Below, in pieces: positions 8,310 through 17,415 of a stretch of 64,000 bases of DNA. How positions within the stretch are numbered: position 1 is the first letter of the stretch; every line of letters starts with the position of its first letter. The notes below the pieces were generated by a model. That model had not been told where the DNA came from. It did no database searches and saw only the letters and a list, made by a program, of their open reading frames with translations. Location of the stretch: positions 246 through 64,245 of the forward strand of contig DATCDU010000020.1 in NCBI GenBank assembly GCA_036510525.1, in the 5' to 3' direction. The DNA is from Minisyncoccota bacterium. Lineage in GTDB: Bacteria; Patescibacteriota; Minisyncoccia; UBA6257; 2-01-FULL-56-20. The position numbers were made by a program, and so were the translations under genes.

Positions 8310-8858
8310 ATGAACTTCTTTGTTTGTATCGAAGGTGTCGATTGTGTCGGAAAAACCTCCGTTGCTGAATTGCTAGCCAGCCGGGTCAACGCTGTCTACT
8401 ATAAAAGTCCCGGCGGCATGTATGCTAAGGAACGAAAGATCGTAGATGGATCGATTGAACCTTTGCGACGGTATTTCTTTTACCGGGCGGCTACCCAGTA
8501 CGACTCGGGGATTATTGGCGGATTACTCAAACATTCGCCCGTTGTCTGCGATAGGTATATCTATTCAACCTTTGCCATGCACGCGGCAATGGACGAAAAG
8601 ATCCGATCTCTCTTTGAAATCACTGGCCTCGTCATGCCGGACTACGTTTTTCTTTTGACCGCCGATGAGGCGATCCGAAGAAAACGTCTAGCCGAACGCT
8701 TCGATGCCACGACGCTGGAAAGCAATTTTCTGCTTCAGAAAAAGGCAGATGAACTTTTCAAGCTTCAAGGACATCCAACCATCGATACGACAAATACAAA
8801 TGTCGATGAAGTGGTTGAAACAATCTTGTCTCGCTTGCGAGAGAAAGGATCGATATGA
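8310..8858 (+). CDS. Thymidylate-kinase-family P-loop dNMP kinase
   Basis: IEGVDCVGKTS P-loop and CDRYIYST (DRY/DRF motif); 182 aa; ATGA overlap with the next gene (translational coupling). Confidence 0.6.
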   Translation: MNFFVCIEGVDCVGKTSVAELLASRVNAVYYKSPGGMYAKERKIVDGSIEPLRRYFFYRAATQYDSGIIGGLLKHSPVVCDRYIYSTFAMHAAMDEKIRSLFEITGLVMPDYVFLLTADEAIRRKRLAERFDATTLESNFLLQKKADELFKLQGHPTIDTTNTNVDEVVETILSRLREKGSI

Positions 8859-9592
8859 CGCTACGCAGCCCACTGTGGTACGAGAGATTCTTCAAGATTG
8901 CGCTTCTCGAAAGAAAAGAGAAGGCGCAGGCCGTTGCCAGGATGCTGCAAGAAATTGCGCAACCCGGCAACTTGAGAACAATGTTCGATGAATTCTTGTA
9001 TGAAGTGACCACGTCGGTTCACCAAAACACGGATTCATACACCCACGACAATGGCTTCGACAAAATCGTCCTCTTTGAGGATGATAAGACCAAACTGAAG
9101 ATGCGGCTGCATATTTGGCACCCGCTTCTCATTCCTGGTGCCAAACGGCCGCGGCAGAATGTTCACAACCATCGCTGGGACTTCGGCTCTGTCATCTTAC
9201 TCGGACATGCCGACCACCTTACCTACCAGTTCGCCAAACAAAATAGTGAGGGTGAAGAATTCTTCCATTATCGCTATTACGCCCGAGGCAGCAAAGAGCA
9301 CTACGAACTCGAAGAACTCGGGAAAGCCAAGTTAGTGTGCCTTGGAAGCGAACGTTTCGAAGCAGGTCAACTTTACTACATCGACAACGAAGTTCTGCAC
9401 CGCGTGGACATCGATGACAATATCGCGGTGGCGACCCTCATCATCACGCATGAAAACGTTGGCTGGATCACGAACGACCTGCTTTCTGAAAAGAGCATGG
9501 GGTTTGAAAAGGTCCGACTCCAATCTCCCGCCATGGCCAGAGAGCAAATCGTCTCCAAGGTCACGGCATTGCGCGAGTTGCTCCACATCTAA
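8855..9592 (+). CDS. Cupin-fold protein with cysteine-dioxygenase/ADO-like metal-site pattern
   Basis: IPGAKRPRQNVHNHRWDFGSVILLGHADHLTYQF aligns by eye to the CDO PG..S.IHDH....F.K.L.G...E..F region; 245 aa; function inferred only. Confidence 0.4.
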   Translation: MTLRSPLWYERFFKIALLERKEKAQAVARMLQEIAQPGNLRTMFDEFLYEVTTSVHQNTDSYTHDNGFDKIVLFEDDKTKLKMRLHIWHPLLIPGAKRPRQNVHNHRWDFGSVILLGHADHLTYQFAKQNSEGEEFFHYRYYARGSKEHYELEELGKAKLVCLGSERFEAGQLYYIDNEVLHRVDIDDNIAVATLIITHENVGWITNDLLSEKSMGFEKVRLQSPAMAREQIVSKVTALRELLHI

Positions 9593-9604
9593 CAAGGAGG
9601 ATGT

Positions 9605-10114
9605 ATGGCAAGAATCTACGTAAGCGAGGAACGGCTGAAAAAACTTCAGCGGGAACTCGAAGACGCCCATGCTGGCCTCAGTGGATTGCGTAAGGAAAAG
9701 AATCTTGCGTACACCGCTACTGGCGACACGTGGCATGACAACCCCTACTTCAACAAATTAACTCAAGACGAGGAAACGCTGGCTCGGAAGATCGCCGAAA
9801 TCCAGCAAACTATCTCCGAAGCCGAAATCTACAATCCATCCGTACGGAACATCGAACAGGTTCGGCTAGGCTCGATCGTACGCTTCGCGCGACGTTATAA
9901 AAATAACAGCGAAGAGACGGACGAGACCTGGGAGATTGTCGGATTTGGCGAAACCGATGTACCCCAGAATCGCGTCGCATACAATGCTCCACTTGGAGCT
10001 GCGCTGATCGGCATGGGGCCAGGCGATACCAAGCAAGCGACGACGCCTAAAGGTGCTGTTGAGTATGAAGTCATCGATCTGTATCCCGACTGGGATGCGG
10101 TGCCGAAAAAATAA
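9605..10114 (+). CDS. greA: GreA/GreB-family transcript cleavage factor
   Basis: N-terminal coiled coil (EERLKKLQRELEDA), C-terminal FKBP-like domain (...SPLGAALIGMGPGDTKQATTPKGAVEYEVIDL); 169 aa. Confidence 0.6.
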   Translation: MARIYVSEERLKKLQRELEDAHAGLSGLRKEKNLAYTATGDTWHDNPYFNKLTQDEETLARKIAEIQQTISEAEIYNPSVRNIEQVRLGSIVRFARRYKNNSEETDETWEIVGFGETDVPQNRVAYNAPLGAALIGMGPGDTKQATTPKGAVEYEVIDLYPDWDAVPKK

Positions 10115-10200
10115 TAGAATTTGGTTTTGAAGACTCAATCTATGGTCGTTCCTCTTTAAAGGGAGCGGCCATTTTTTTGTGATATCATAAAGATTAACCG

Positions 10201-10875
10201 ATGATAAAAGGCATCATATTCGACTTTGACGGCGTCCTGATTGATTCTGAACACATCAATATTACTGCTGGTATTCAAGCGTTCAAGGAATTTGGTTACG
10301 ACTTATCCAACGCCGACAAAAAATTAATACCGGGCCAGCATTCTGAGAACGTCATATCGCAGATTCTGAAATTGCGAGGATTAGATCTGCCGAAAGAAGC
10401 CTTACGAGAACAATACAGTAAAGCGTACGGGGATATGTGGGAAGATGCAGTTACCGTTATGCCGCAGGCGAAGGAGACATTGCAACGACTAAAGAGCGGT
10501 GGAATCACGCTCGGCCTCGCGACCAATAATTATAGATCGCGGGTCGAAACCTTCCTTAAACAAACCGAGCTCGGAAACATTTTCTCCGTGATCGTAAGCG
10601 GCGAAGATGTAGCGAAGAGGAAACCCGATCCGGAAGTTTATGTAAGAGCAAAGATAAAATTAGGTCTTCCCGACGAGTCAATTCTCGCTATCGAAGACGG
10701 AGCAGTCGGCCTTGCATCGGCAAAGGGTGCGGGACTCCGATGCGCAATCATTCTCAATCAATACAGCGCGGGCCAAGATTTCTCAAATGCGGACTTCGTG
10801 TTTAAATCCCTGGCGGAACTCATAAACCACCTCAGCGAGAATAAACTGATGGATAAAATTTTTTTACCAGCTTAG
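10201..10875 (+). CDS. HAD-superfamily hydrolase (beta-phosphoglucomutase-like subfamily)
   Basis: DxD motif (MIKGIIFDFDGVLIDSE), later K and DD motifs (AIEDGAVG). Confidence 0.8.
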   Translation: MIKGIIFDFDGVLIDSEHINITAGIQAFKEFGYDLSNADKKLIPGQHSENVISQILKLRGLDLPKEALREQYSKAYGDMWEDAVTVMPQAKETLQRLKSGGITLGLATNNYRSRVETFLKQTELGNIFSVIVSGEDVAKRKPDPEVYVRAKIKLGLPDESILAIEDGAVGLASAKGAGLRCAIILNQYSAGQDFSNADFVFKSLAELINHLSENKLMDKIFLPA

Positions 10876-11353
10876 GGAGATCGCTTTTTGATTTGTCGCC
10901 AGTCGCCAATTTTTTAAGAAGTTCTTCTGGTGTGAGCCAATAGTATTCAATGAAATCGCTTTTATTGAAATTTGGAATCGAATCGGATTTTATCTCGTAC
11001 ACATTCATGAAAGCGGACACGCCGTCTTTGTTAGGACTTAGATGCCCAAGGAGCGGATGTGGTGTGGCTTCAGCATTTAAGCCAAGCTCTTCCTCTAATT
11101 CTCTTCCGAATGCTTCTTCATAACTTTCACCGGACGAGACATGCCCCCCCATGCTCATATCAAGGCCAAGCGGGAAAAGACGTTTATTAGCAGCTCGACG
11201 GGGAATCCATATTTTCCCCTCGGAGTTCACAATAAAAGCATTCACGACTCGAAAATTACTTAATCCCTCGGCATAGACTTCTGAGCGCGGTTTTGAGCCA
11301 ACGACCTGATCATTTTCATCCACCAAATCCAAAATTTCTTCGGCGCTAGACAT
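10832..11353 (-). CDS. NUDIX hydrolase
   Basis: Nudix box GGHVSSGESYEEAFGRELEEELGL. Confidence 0.8.
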   Translation of the reverse strand: MSSAEEILDLVDENDQVVGSKPRSEVYAEGLSNFRVVNAFIVNSEGKIWIPRRAANKRLFPLGLDMSMGGHVSSGESYEEAFGRELEEELGLNAEATPHPLLGHLSPNKDGVSAFMNVYEIKSDSIPNFNKSDFIEYYWLTPEELLKKLATGDKSKSDLPKLVKKFYPSVYSR

Positions 11354-11572
11354 TTTTATTTTAAAAATTTTATTCCTATATTTTATCCGGAGGAGTTTCC
11401 TTTCTCACAATTTTATAAAAATATATTCCCTTCGTTCGCCTACTCAATGTACCATTATATATGTATATTTCAAGTGTGCAGCTCAAAAACCTGACCCCAC
11501 TGAGACTCGAACCGGATTTTCAACAAAATCGAAAACAAAAAGTGAGGTTTTTTAATGCTTTTTTGAAACTAG

Positions 11573-11629
11573 TTCGAGTCGAAGTGCCGGAGCAGTCTAG
11601 TTTTAGTATCGGACAGACCGAGGGGCGTC
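11573..11629 (+). repeat. Partial duplicate of the tRNA-Asn 3' end plus downstream 45 nt (attR-like remnant)
   Basis: ttcgagtc-gaag-tgccgga-g-ca-gtctagttttagtatcggacagaccgaggggcgtc aligns with 8053-8109; an inverted, more degenerate copy of the T-loop/acceptor segment lies at 11491-11515. Confidence 0.5.
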
Positions 11630-11630
11630 A

Positions 11631-11664
11631 GTGAAATCCCCGTTCACAGGAACGGGGATTTCAC
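11631..11664. terminator. 15-bp perfect hairpin downstream of dcm (bidirectional terminator candidate)
   Basis: gtgaaatccccgttc-acag-gaacggggatttcac; no clean U-run. Confidence 0.35.
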
Positions 11665-11697
11665 GTTCTGCATGCCCTATATTTAACACCAAGGGGA

Positions 11698-12810
11698 TTA
11701 GGCGAAATATCTCTTAAATTGCTTTGCCCACGCCTCGGCAAGTAAAGGAGGAACAGCATTGCCCACCTGGGCATAATAATTTCTCTTATTGGACGAAGAA
11801 AGGCGGAACCAATCCGGGAATGATTGTATCCGCATGCCCTCCCGTATGGTTATCAAGCGATCAGCGGAATAATGGATGTTGCAACCGACATTCGGTCTAT
11901 TGAAATGGGTGTTCAACGTATAAGGCGTCCGATTGGGATGCAATCTTCCATAGGTAGTCGTACGGCCACCAGTTTTTTTGAAGTTCATGATCCTCTTCGT
12001 CGCTATAGAATCTGGAACGTCCATGTAGTTGCCACCGGGTTTCACTGCTTTAATGATTTCCTTATCCTTGGCACTGGCATACGGCGGGTAATGATGATAA
12101 ACCCCCCGAGATCCAATTCTCATCTTCTCTTGAAATTCACTTGATGGCTTTGAACGATACTGGAGTGGTTCATTGGAGGATGGGCGCGGCAAATCAGATA
12201 GAGCTTCCTTCGCGGTCACCCACTTTTTTAATCCATCGCCGCCATCTTCACTATGGGTAGGTTTAGGCAGTGGTATCTTCAAGCCCGAAGAAGTGCCGAT
12301 AATAAATACCCGCCTGCGTCTTTGCGGAACGCCGTAATCGGCGGCATTCAAAACGTGCGTCTCTATCCTGTAACCAGCAGCACCAAATGCCTCGCGGAGG
12401 TCGTCAATGACAGACTCACCTCTTTCATTTTCCGCCGAACGGAGACCGAGAACGTTTTCGAATAGGAATGCAGCTGGCCTAACTGCCTTCAAGACATCTA
12501 AGTAGTTCCACACAAGGCGGCTTCTAATGTCATCGGATTTGCGTTTACCAACAAGGGAAAAGGATTGGCATGGAGGACCGCCAATAACTAAATCGGCTTT
12601 CGGTATGCTTTTGAAATTCACGCCCCCTATGTCGGCACACAACGTATCAGCTTTAAAATTATTTCTGAAGGTTGTGCAAAAATCTTCAACGACATCATTG
12701 GCCCAGAGAACCTTAAATCCTTGTTCGTGAAAGCCGAGGTCTAAGCCGCCGCATCCAGAGAATAAGCTGACAATCGTTGGTTTAGCCATTTTGGTTTGAT
12801 CTGTCATCAA
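11698..12810 (-). CDS. dcm: DNA cytosine-5 methyltransferase
   Basis: Motif I FSGCGGLDLGF, motif IV GGPPCQSFS, motif VI FLFENV; 370 aa. Confidence 0.9.
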   Translation of the reverse strand: MMTDQTKMAKPTIVSLFSGCGGLDLGFHEQGFKVLWANDVVEDFCTTFRNNFKADTLCADIGGVNFKSIPKADLVIGGPPCQSFSLVGKRKSDDIRSRLVWNYLDVLKAVRPAAFLFENVLGLRSAENERGESVIDDLREAFGAAGYRIETHVLNAADYGVPQRRRRVFIIGTSSGLKIPLPKPTHSEDGGDGLKKWVTAKEALSDLPRPSSNEPLQYRSKPSSEFQEKMRIGSRGVYHHYPPYASAKDKEIIKAVKPGGNYMDVPDSIATKRIMNFKKTGGRTTTYGRLHPNRTPYTLNTHFNRPNVGCNIHYSADRLITIREGMRIQSFPDWFRLSSSNKRNYYAQVGNAVPPLLAEAWAKQFKRYFA

Positions 12811-14348
12811 CTAGATCTTTCAAGAACAACTCAGCGAAGTCGGCCAATTTCGCATTGTTTTCAAATCCACCGATTCCATGATTGATTAATACCGAAGCCA
12901 TCGCTAGATCTAAATCTCGCCTTGGAGTTTCTATTCCTTCGTCACCCTTGACGCTCTCGCCTAAAGCATCGAACTGTTCGAGCGCGGCGCACAACGAATC
13001 AACCTCTTCGGATTTAAGTTCGTCGGGATCAATGGATTTCATCCCTCTCACCATGAAAGCTTCTATTTTTAGCATGCCCTCTTGGTTACCACCCTCGAGT
13101 TCGAACTGTAATTGACCGAAAGCGGACATAAGGTATGACGCTATCACCTTCAAAGATTTGTCGTTACCAAACTTGCGACGCAACAGTCCGCTCGTATAAC
13201 AAAAATTCGTCGATAGTAAAATTCCCTGCTCAGGCGATGCTACATAAATCGCATGCTTTTCCCTAGCTGCCCGGGGGATCAATAATTCCGCCTTTACCTT
13301 GCTGTGGTATGCCGCGTCGACGACCTTCTTCCATTTAGCACGCCCGATGCGTGCCTGCGCTTCCAGAAAAAGCTTGCCAAGGCCGGTGTTTTGGAACACT
13401 TTAAGAGATGATGGCATCGACATCATTTTCTATTGCACGCTTCAGATGTTCGCCATCCTGGTTGCTTAAGAATTTTTCCATCAAAATCACACCTGCACGT
13501 CCTCGCTCCTTCAAATAGTGCCCTATCCAATCCATAAAATAGAAATAAAGGTTCGGCTGCTTCGCCTCCTCCACAATCGTTTTCCCACCATTCGCGGACT
13601 TGAGCGCCTTAATCATGGCTTGTTTGCGGCTGTCAGGTATTGGGTTCTCCGGATCGTCGTTTCGTAGAAAAGGTGGATTCATCAGCACGGCGTTAAATTG
13701 TGCCGGACGCGGATTTGAGAATACGTCCCCGTTAATGAAGTCGATTTCCGTAGAGCTGTCTACTGCATTTAGATTCTTGGCAAGTAACCGGAATGCTGCA
13801 AGCTGGTTTCCGGTCGGCGCTTGGCCCGGCCAGAGTCCCATCTCGACCCGCGTTCTGAGTCCCCGCTTCACATTCACGCTCTTATTATCGTTCTCCAGTT
13901 TTGCCTGCGAGCATAAGATCATCAGCAGAAATTTATCGCTGGGCGAATTCTTGAATCCCTGCCCGAACGTTTTTATCTCCACCAATGATTTTTGATCCAT
14001 CAGGTCCACAAGTGCCCCGAGGTCGCCCGCGTTCCTGCTCAGCCGGTCCGGCGCCCACGTGAGAATACCGTTGAACCGCGCCGCCTTCAGATCATTCACT
14101 ATTTCATTGAAGACCGGACGCTGGTTGGAATCTTTTGCCGAATGGGACTCCCGCCGGATATCGGCGACTTCCAGCCCTTCCCGCTCGGCGATCTGGAGCA
14201 TCTCCTTAACCTGCGAATCGATGGACAGCACCTGCTTCTCCTCGCTTTCGCTCGATTTCCGCGCGTAGAGCACGTATTTGACCTTTATTGGCACCTGCAC
14301 CGCTATTTGGGTTCCGCTCCCCGGCGACCCCATGGTTTGGTTTGTCAT
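12782..14348 (-). pseudogene. Chimeric, frameshifted remnant: large-serine-recombinase catalytic domain fused in frame to a gamma-class N6-adenine MTase (HsdM-like) that lacks motif I
   Basis: ORF 13401-14348 has resolvase N-terminus (YARKSSESEEKQVLSIDSQ...DRLSRN...GLWPGQAPTG), then the MTase motif IV region (IDFINGDVFSNPRPAQFNAVLMNPPF...GRAGVILMEKFL...VDAIIS). ORF 12782-13426 continues the MTase in another frame (LPSSLKVFQNTGLG...). No FxGxG AdoMet motif anywhere. Confidence 0.55.
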
Positions 14349-14435
14349 ACATCAATGAATGACGCACCTCTCCTGGCAAGTCCAGACCTCACTACAAGGC
14401 GACGAAGTTACCCATTTGCCTAGTTAGATACGATC

Positions 14436-15002
14436 CTAAGCCGTTGGAAGAGCCTTTGGCGGATCAAACTTGCACCGCTCGCCATTCACTAGGCCGAAAC
14501 CGGTGAGATGGATAAAGAACAGGTCCCAATCGTCGCCGCCATCGGTCGTACTCACGCATTCGTCGTTGATGTACTTTGTTGCGCTATACTTTTTATCTTT
14601 GTCGTCGTAGCCGATTATGAGATGACAATTGTCTCCGTAGACGTTGCGATATCTCATGCAGCTCAAATAGCCATCTTTTTTGTAAGTATGGAATTCCGGT
14701 TCATAGAGAGCGCTACCGGTTACCTGTCGCCCATTGTCAATCCGTGTGCCCATATAGAGGACATTGAAGGGAAAGCGGTTCAGCTCTGGATTCCAGGAAA
14801 TCTCCAAACGCTGCGGCACGAAAGCGAATCTCGTTTTTGCGTCTTTCTTGAGTATTGCTTTTTCTTCTTTGTTAAATTGTCTCATAAAATTGCGAAACCC
14901 TGCCGCGAGGCAGGGATGATAAATGTTTGCTTCGACCTTTATCTTTCCCTTGCGGGCTGGATGTAGCACCGTATCGTTTCCGATTGGTTGCCGGTGGGTC
15001 AT
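14436..15002 (-). CDS. Hypothetical protein (188 aa), no recognisable domain
   Basis: ORF only; low-GC island context. Confidence 0.4.
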   Translation of the reverse strand: MTHRQPIGNDTVLHPARKGKIKVEANIYHPCLAAGFRNFMRQFNKEEKAILKKDAKTRFAFVPQRLEISWNPELNRFPFNVLYMGTRIDNGRQVTGSALYEPEFHTYKKDGYLSCMRYRNVYGDNCHLIIGYDDKDKKYSATKYINDECVSTTDGGDDWDLFFIHLTGFGLVNGERCKFDPPKALPTA

Positions 15003-15194
15003 TGAGCCAGTGCTCTCGCCACACTCTTGATAACTATTCAGTTGTGCTTACCATTCCATTCTAGCAAATGCTTCAAACAATACAAGCGACTTTCTCCGGT
15101 GTAAGCTTCATTTTTCCCGACCCAATGTATCTTGTATTGTTTCGCATCGCGCGGCCGATCGACGAGAAGACGAGGCGTGAAGTCGTGTATCAGT

Positions 15195-15831
15195 CTAGGC
15201 ACCATACCGCTGCATAATTTTATCAGCGATTTCTCTTCTTTCGCCCAATTTCATTTTTGAGTCATGGTTCGGCAATTTGTTGACCTTCGCAACATATACC
15301 TCGCTTGCTTTTAAAAATTGACTCCACGATAATCGTATAACCTTCCCTTTCTTTACAAAAAAAACATATTTCATTTTTAGGATTTGCCCATAGCTGCGCC
15401 AGAAAGCCATATTACGCCCTATGTAATCGAACAATAACTGATAAATATTCCGGCTCGCATAAGAGGAACCAATCGCCCAACACACATAAGCGCACCAACT
15501 GCGGTATTTTGTTTTGATAGATTTTTGCTTCCTATGCGTAAGCGGCGCAGTCACCAATCCAGAGAACGAACCGATGAACGATCCCCTCTTTTGAGTGCCT
15601 AGAGAAGAGCGAGTAAAATTTCTTGCGCCACTCCTCATTCCTCCTTACCTGATAAAAATAATTGAACTTTCTTTGATACTCTGCGGAAATATCTGCAGCG
15701 TCTGCCTGGAATAAATTCTCACGGAGAAAAATATAAACACCGAGAACTTTCTCCCATTTTTTTGAGTCTCGCTCGGCAAAAATGTCATCGATCTCCTCCC
15801 GGGTGAGTTCTATAGTTATTTCATTAGTCAT
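15195..15831 (-). CDS. Hypothetical protein in two overlapping frames (15532-15831 and 15195-15638); possible frameshifted single gene
   Basis: Two same-strand ORFs overlapping by ~107 nt; no recognisable domain. Confidence 0.3.
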
Positions 15832-15924
15832 ACCTTATAGACTATTCAATGCTTGCTATCACTTTATTTCTATCACGTTAAGCAACTTTCGGCAAAATTG
15901 GCTCTATTATTGTAAAATTGACGC

Positions 15925-16224
15925 ATGAAGAAAAAGCCCAAGAAAATTAAGCTGGAGGATGTCATCCAAAAATATACACTCGATGATGTTGTCGAGTCTG
16001 AGGAATACAAGGAAGAGACGGAACAAGCGGAAAATGAGATTGAACAGCATCTTGAACTTCTTCAAGAATATATTGGGAGAGAACTTGTCGAAATCGAAAG
16101 ACGAGCCGTTCTTGATATCGTGGGCGAATATAGTACGAAGGATGACGATGGATATATCGTCTTATATTTCTCCTTCATCCAGGCGTGGAAGATTTATGAG
16201 CACCAGCGCAAGAAACTTTCATAA
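15925..16224 (+). CDS. Small acidic hypothetical protein
   Basis: 99-aa ORF rich in E/D; convergent with terL. Confidence 0.3.
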   Translation: MKKKPKKIKLEDVIQKYTLDDVVESEEYKEETEQAENEIEQHLELLQEYIGRELVEIERRAVLDIVGEYSTKDDDGYIVLYFSFIQAWKIYEHQRKKLS

Positions 16225-16236
16225 CGCCACACCGTC

Positions 16237-17415
16237 TTATTCCCCATAGCGTTTTTTGTCCTCAGTTATCCTCTTTTCGAGGTCTTCTTTCTTCGGATAG
16301 AAATACATATCATCCAAAAACTTGAAATACTTCGGATCATCAAGGCTCTCGAAAATCGGCATCGAGTGTCTCGGCGCATCGATCGCAAATTCTTTCATCT
16401 GGGACACGAGCGCTTTTTGATAGGGACTTACTCTTTTGTATCCATCTTTTAGACGATTGTTTTCTATCCTTTCCAATAAATCTCGCATTGAATCATCGGT
16501 CAAGAATTTTATGTTCGGTCCGTCCTCATTATTCTGCCCGTAGGATTTGAGGAGGTATTCCCGTATCCATATGCCAAGCGATACGCGCGTACGGAGTGCG
16601 AGCACTGCTTTGTGGTTTGGATATCGACTTTCCCATAAGTTCTTCCCTCGGTCGTCAATCAACGGATAGGCCCGAAATATACCTTGAATCTTTCCAGTGA
16701 GAATCTCGAGACGGAGCCGCAAAATAAATGAGTCCCGATTCATTGTGGGATCACCCCAGTAATGCGACAGGAGATTCCCAAGAACAATGACCTTCGTATC
16801 CGCATTTCCAAGCGGGAGTATCTCACTTTCAAACCATTGCCCAAGCGCCGCAGCAAGCGTTCGGTCTTCCACTGACACGCTGTCTTCGAGATCGTCACAA
16901 ATAATGAGATCCGGCCGGTACTGGTTGTGCTTTAACCCTCGCACCCGTTGGTCGCGGGAGATGGAGAGAATTTTCGCGCCACAGTAATCGAGCTCAAGCG
17001 ACAATCGATTCCATGCGGCCTCGTTTTCTGTGAACGGACCGAAATCTTCCCTAAGCGCCTCATTGCCTTCGAGTTCTGCTTTAATATTCAAGAAGTGGTT
17101 CTTTGCCTGCTCTTGGGTATTGCTTACGATGATCACGAATTTCTTCCCCGGCTTGCCGAGGATAGACCAGAGAACATTTGCCATATTCATGATTGTCGAT
17201 TTGCCGGATTCGCGGAATGCCATCACGACCACAAAGTTGTATTTCTCTTCCTGGATCAAATGAAACATCTCCATATGGAAGGCTGCCAGCGGAGCGCTCA
17301 AATGATGACGCAGATACAATAAGGTGAACCAAAACGGGCTTTCGTATGCAAGCCGCTGACGTACCCGTTTATTTCCCCGTATCTTTTCGAGTTCGTTTGC
17401 GGTGATCTTTTTCAT
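16237..17415 (-). CDS. Phage terminase large subunit
   Basis: Walker A-like AFRESGKST, Walker B LIICDDLED, C-terminal nuclease-like region; 392 aa. Confidence 0.8.
   Translation of the reverse strand: MKKITANELEKIRGNKRVRQRLAYESPFWFTLLYLRHHLSAPLAAFHMEMFHLIQEEKYNFVVVMAFRESGKSTIMNMANVLWSILGKPGKKFVIIVSNTQEQAKNHFLNIKAELEGNEALREDFGPFTENEAAWNRLSLELDYCGAKILSISRDQRVRGLKHNQYRPDLIICDDLEDSVSVEDRTLAAALGQWFESEILPLGNADTKVIVLGNLLSHYWGDPTMNRDSFILRLRLEILTGKIQGIFRAYPLIDDRGKNLWESRYPNHKAVLALRTRVSLGIWIREYLLKSYGQNNEDGPNIKFLTDDSMRDLLERIENNRLKDGYKRVSPYQKALVSQMKEFAIDAPRHSMPIFESLDDPKYFKFLDDMYFYPKKEDLEKRITEDKKRYGE

Larger units (their letters stand above)
8073..11629. mobile_element. Low-GC genomic island at the tRNA-Asn 3' end, bounded by a decayed direct repeat of the tRNA 3' end plus ~45 nt
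   Basis: 8053-8109 and 11573-11629 align (ttcgagtc..gga-g-ca-gtc..atcggacagaccgagRggcRtc); the block between is AT-rich by eye relative to flanks; no integrase remains inside. Confidence 0.45.
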
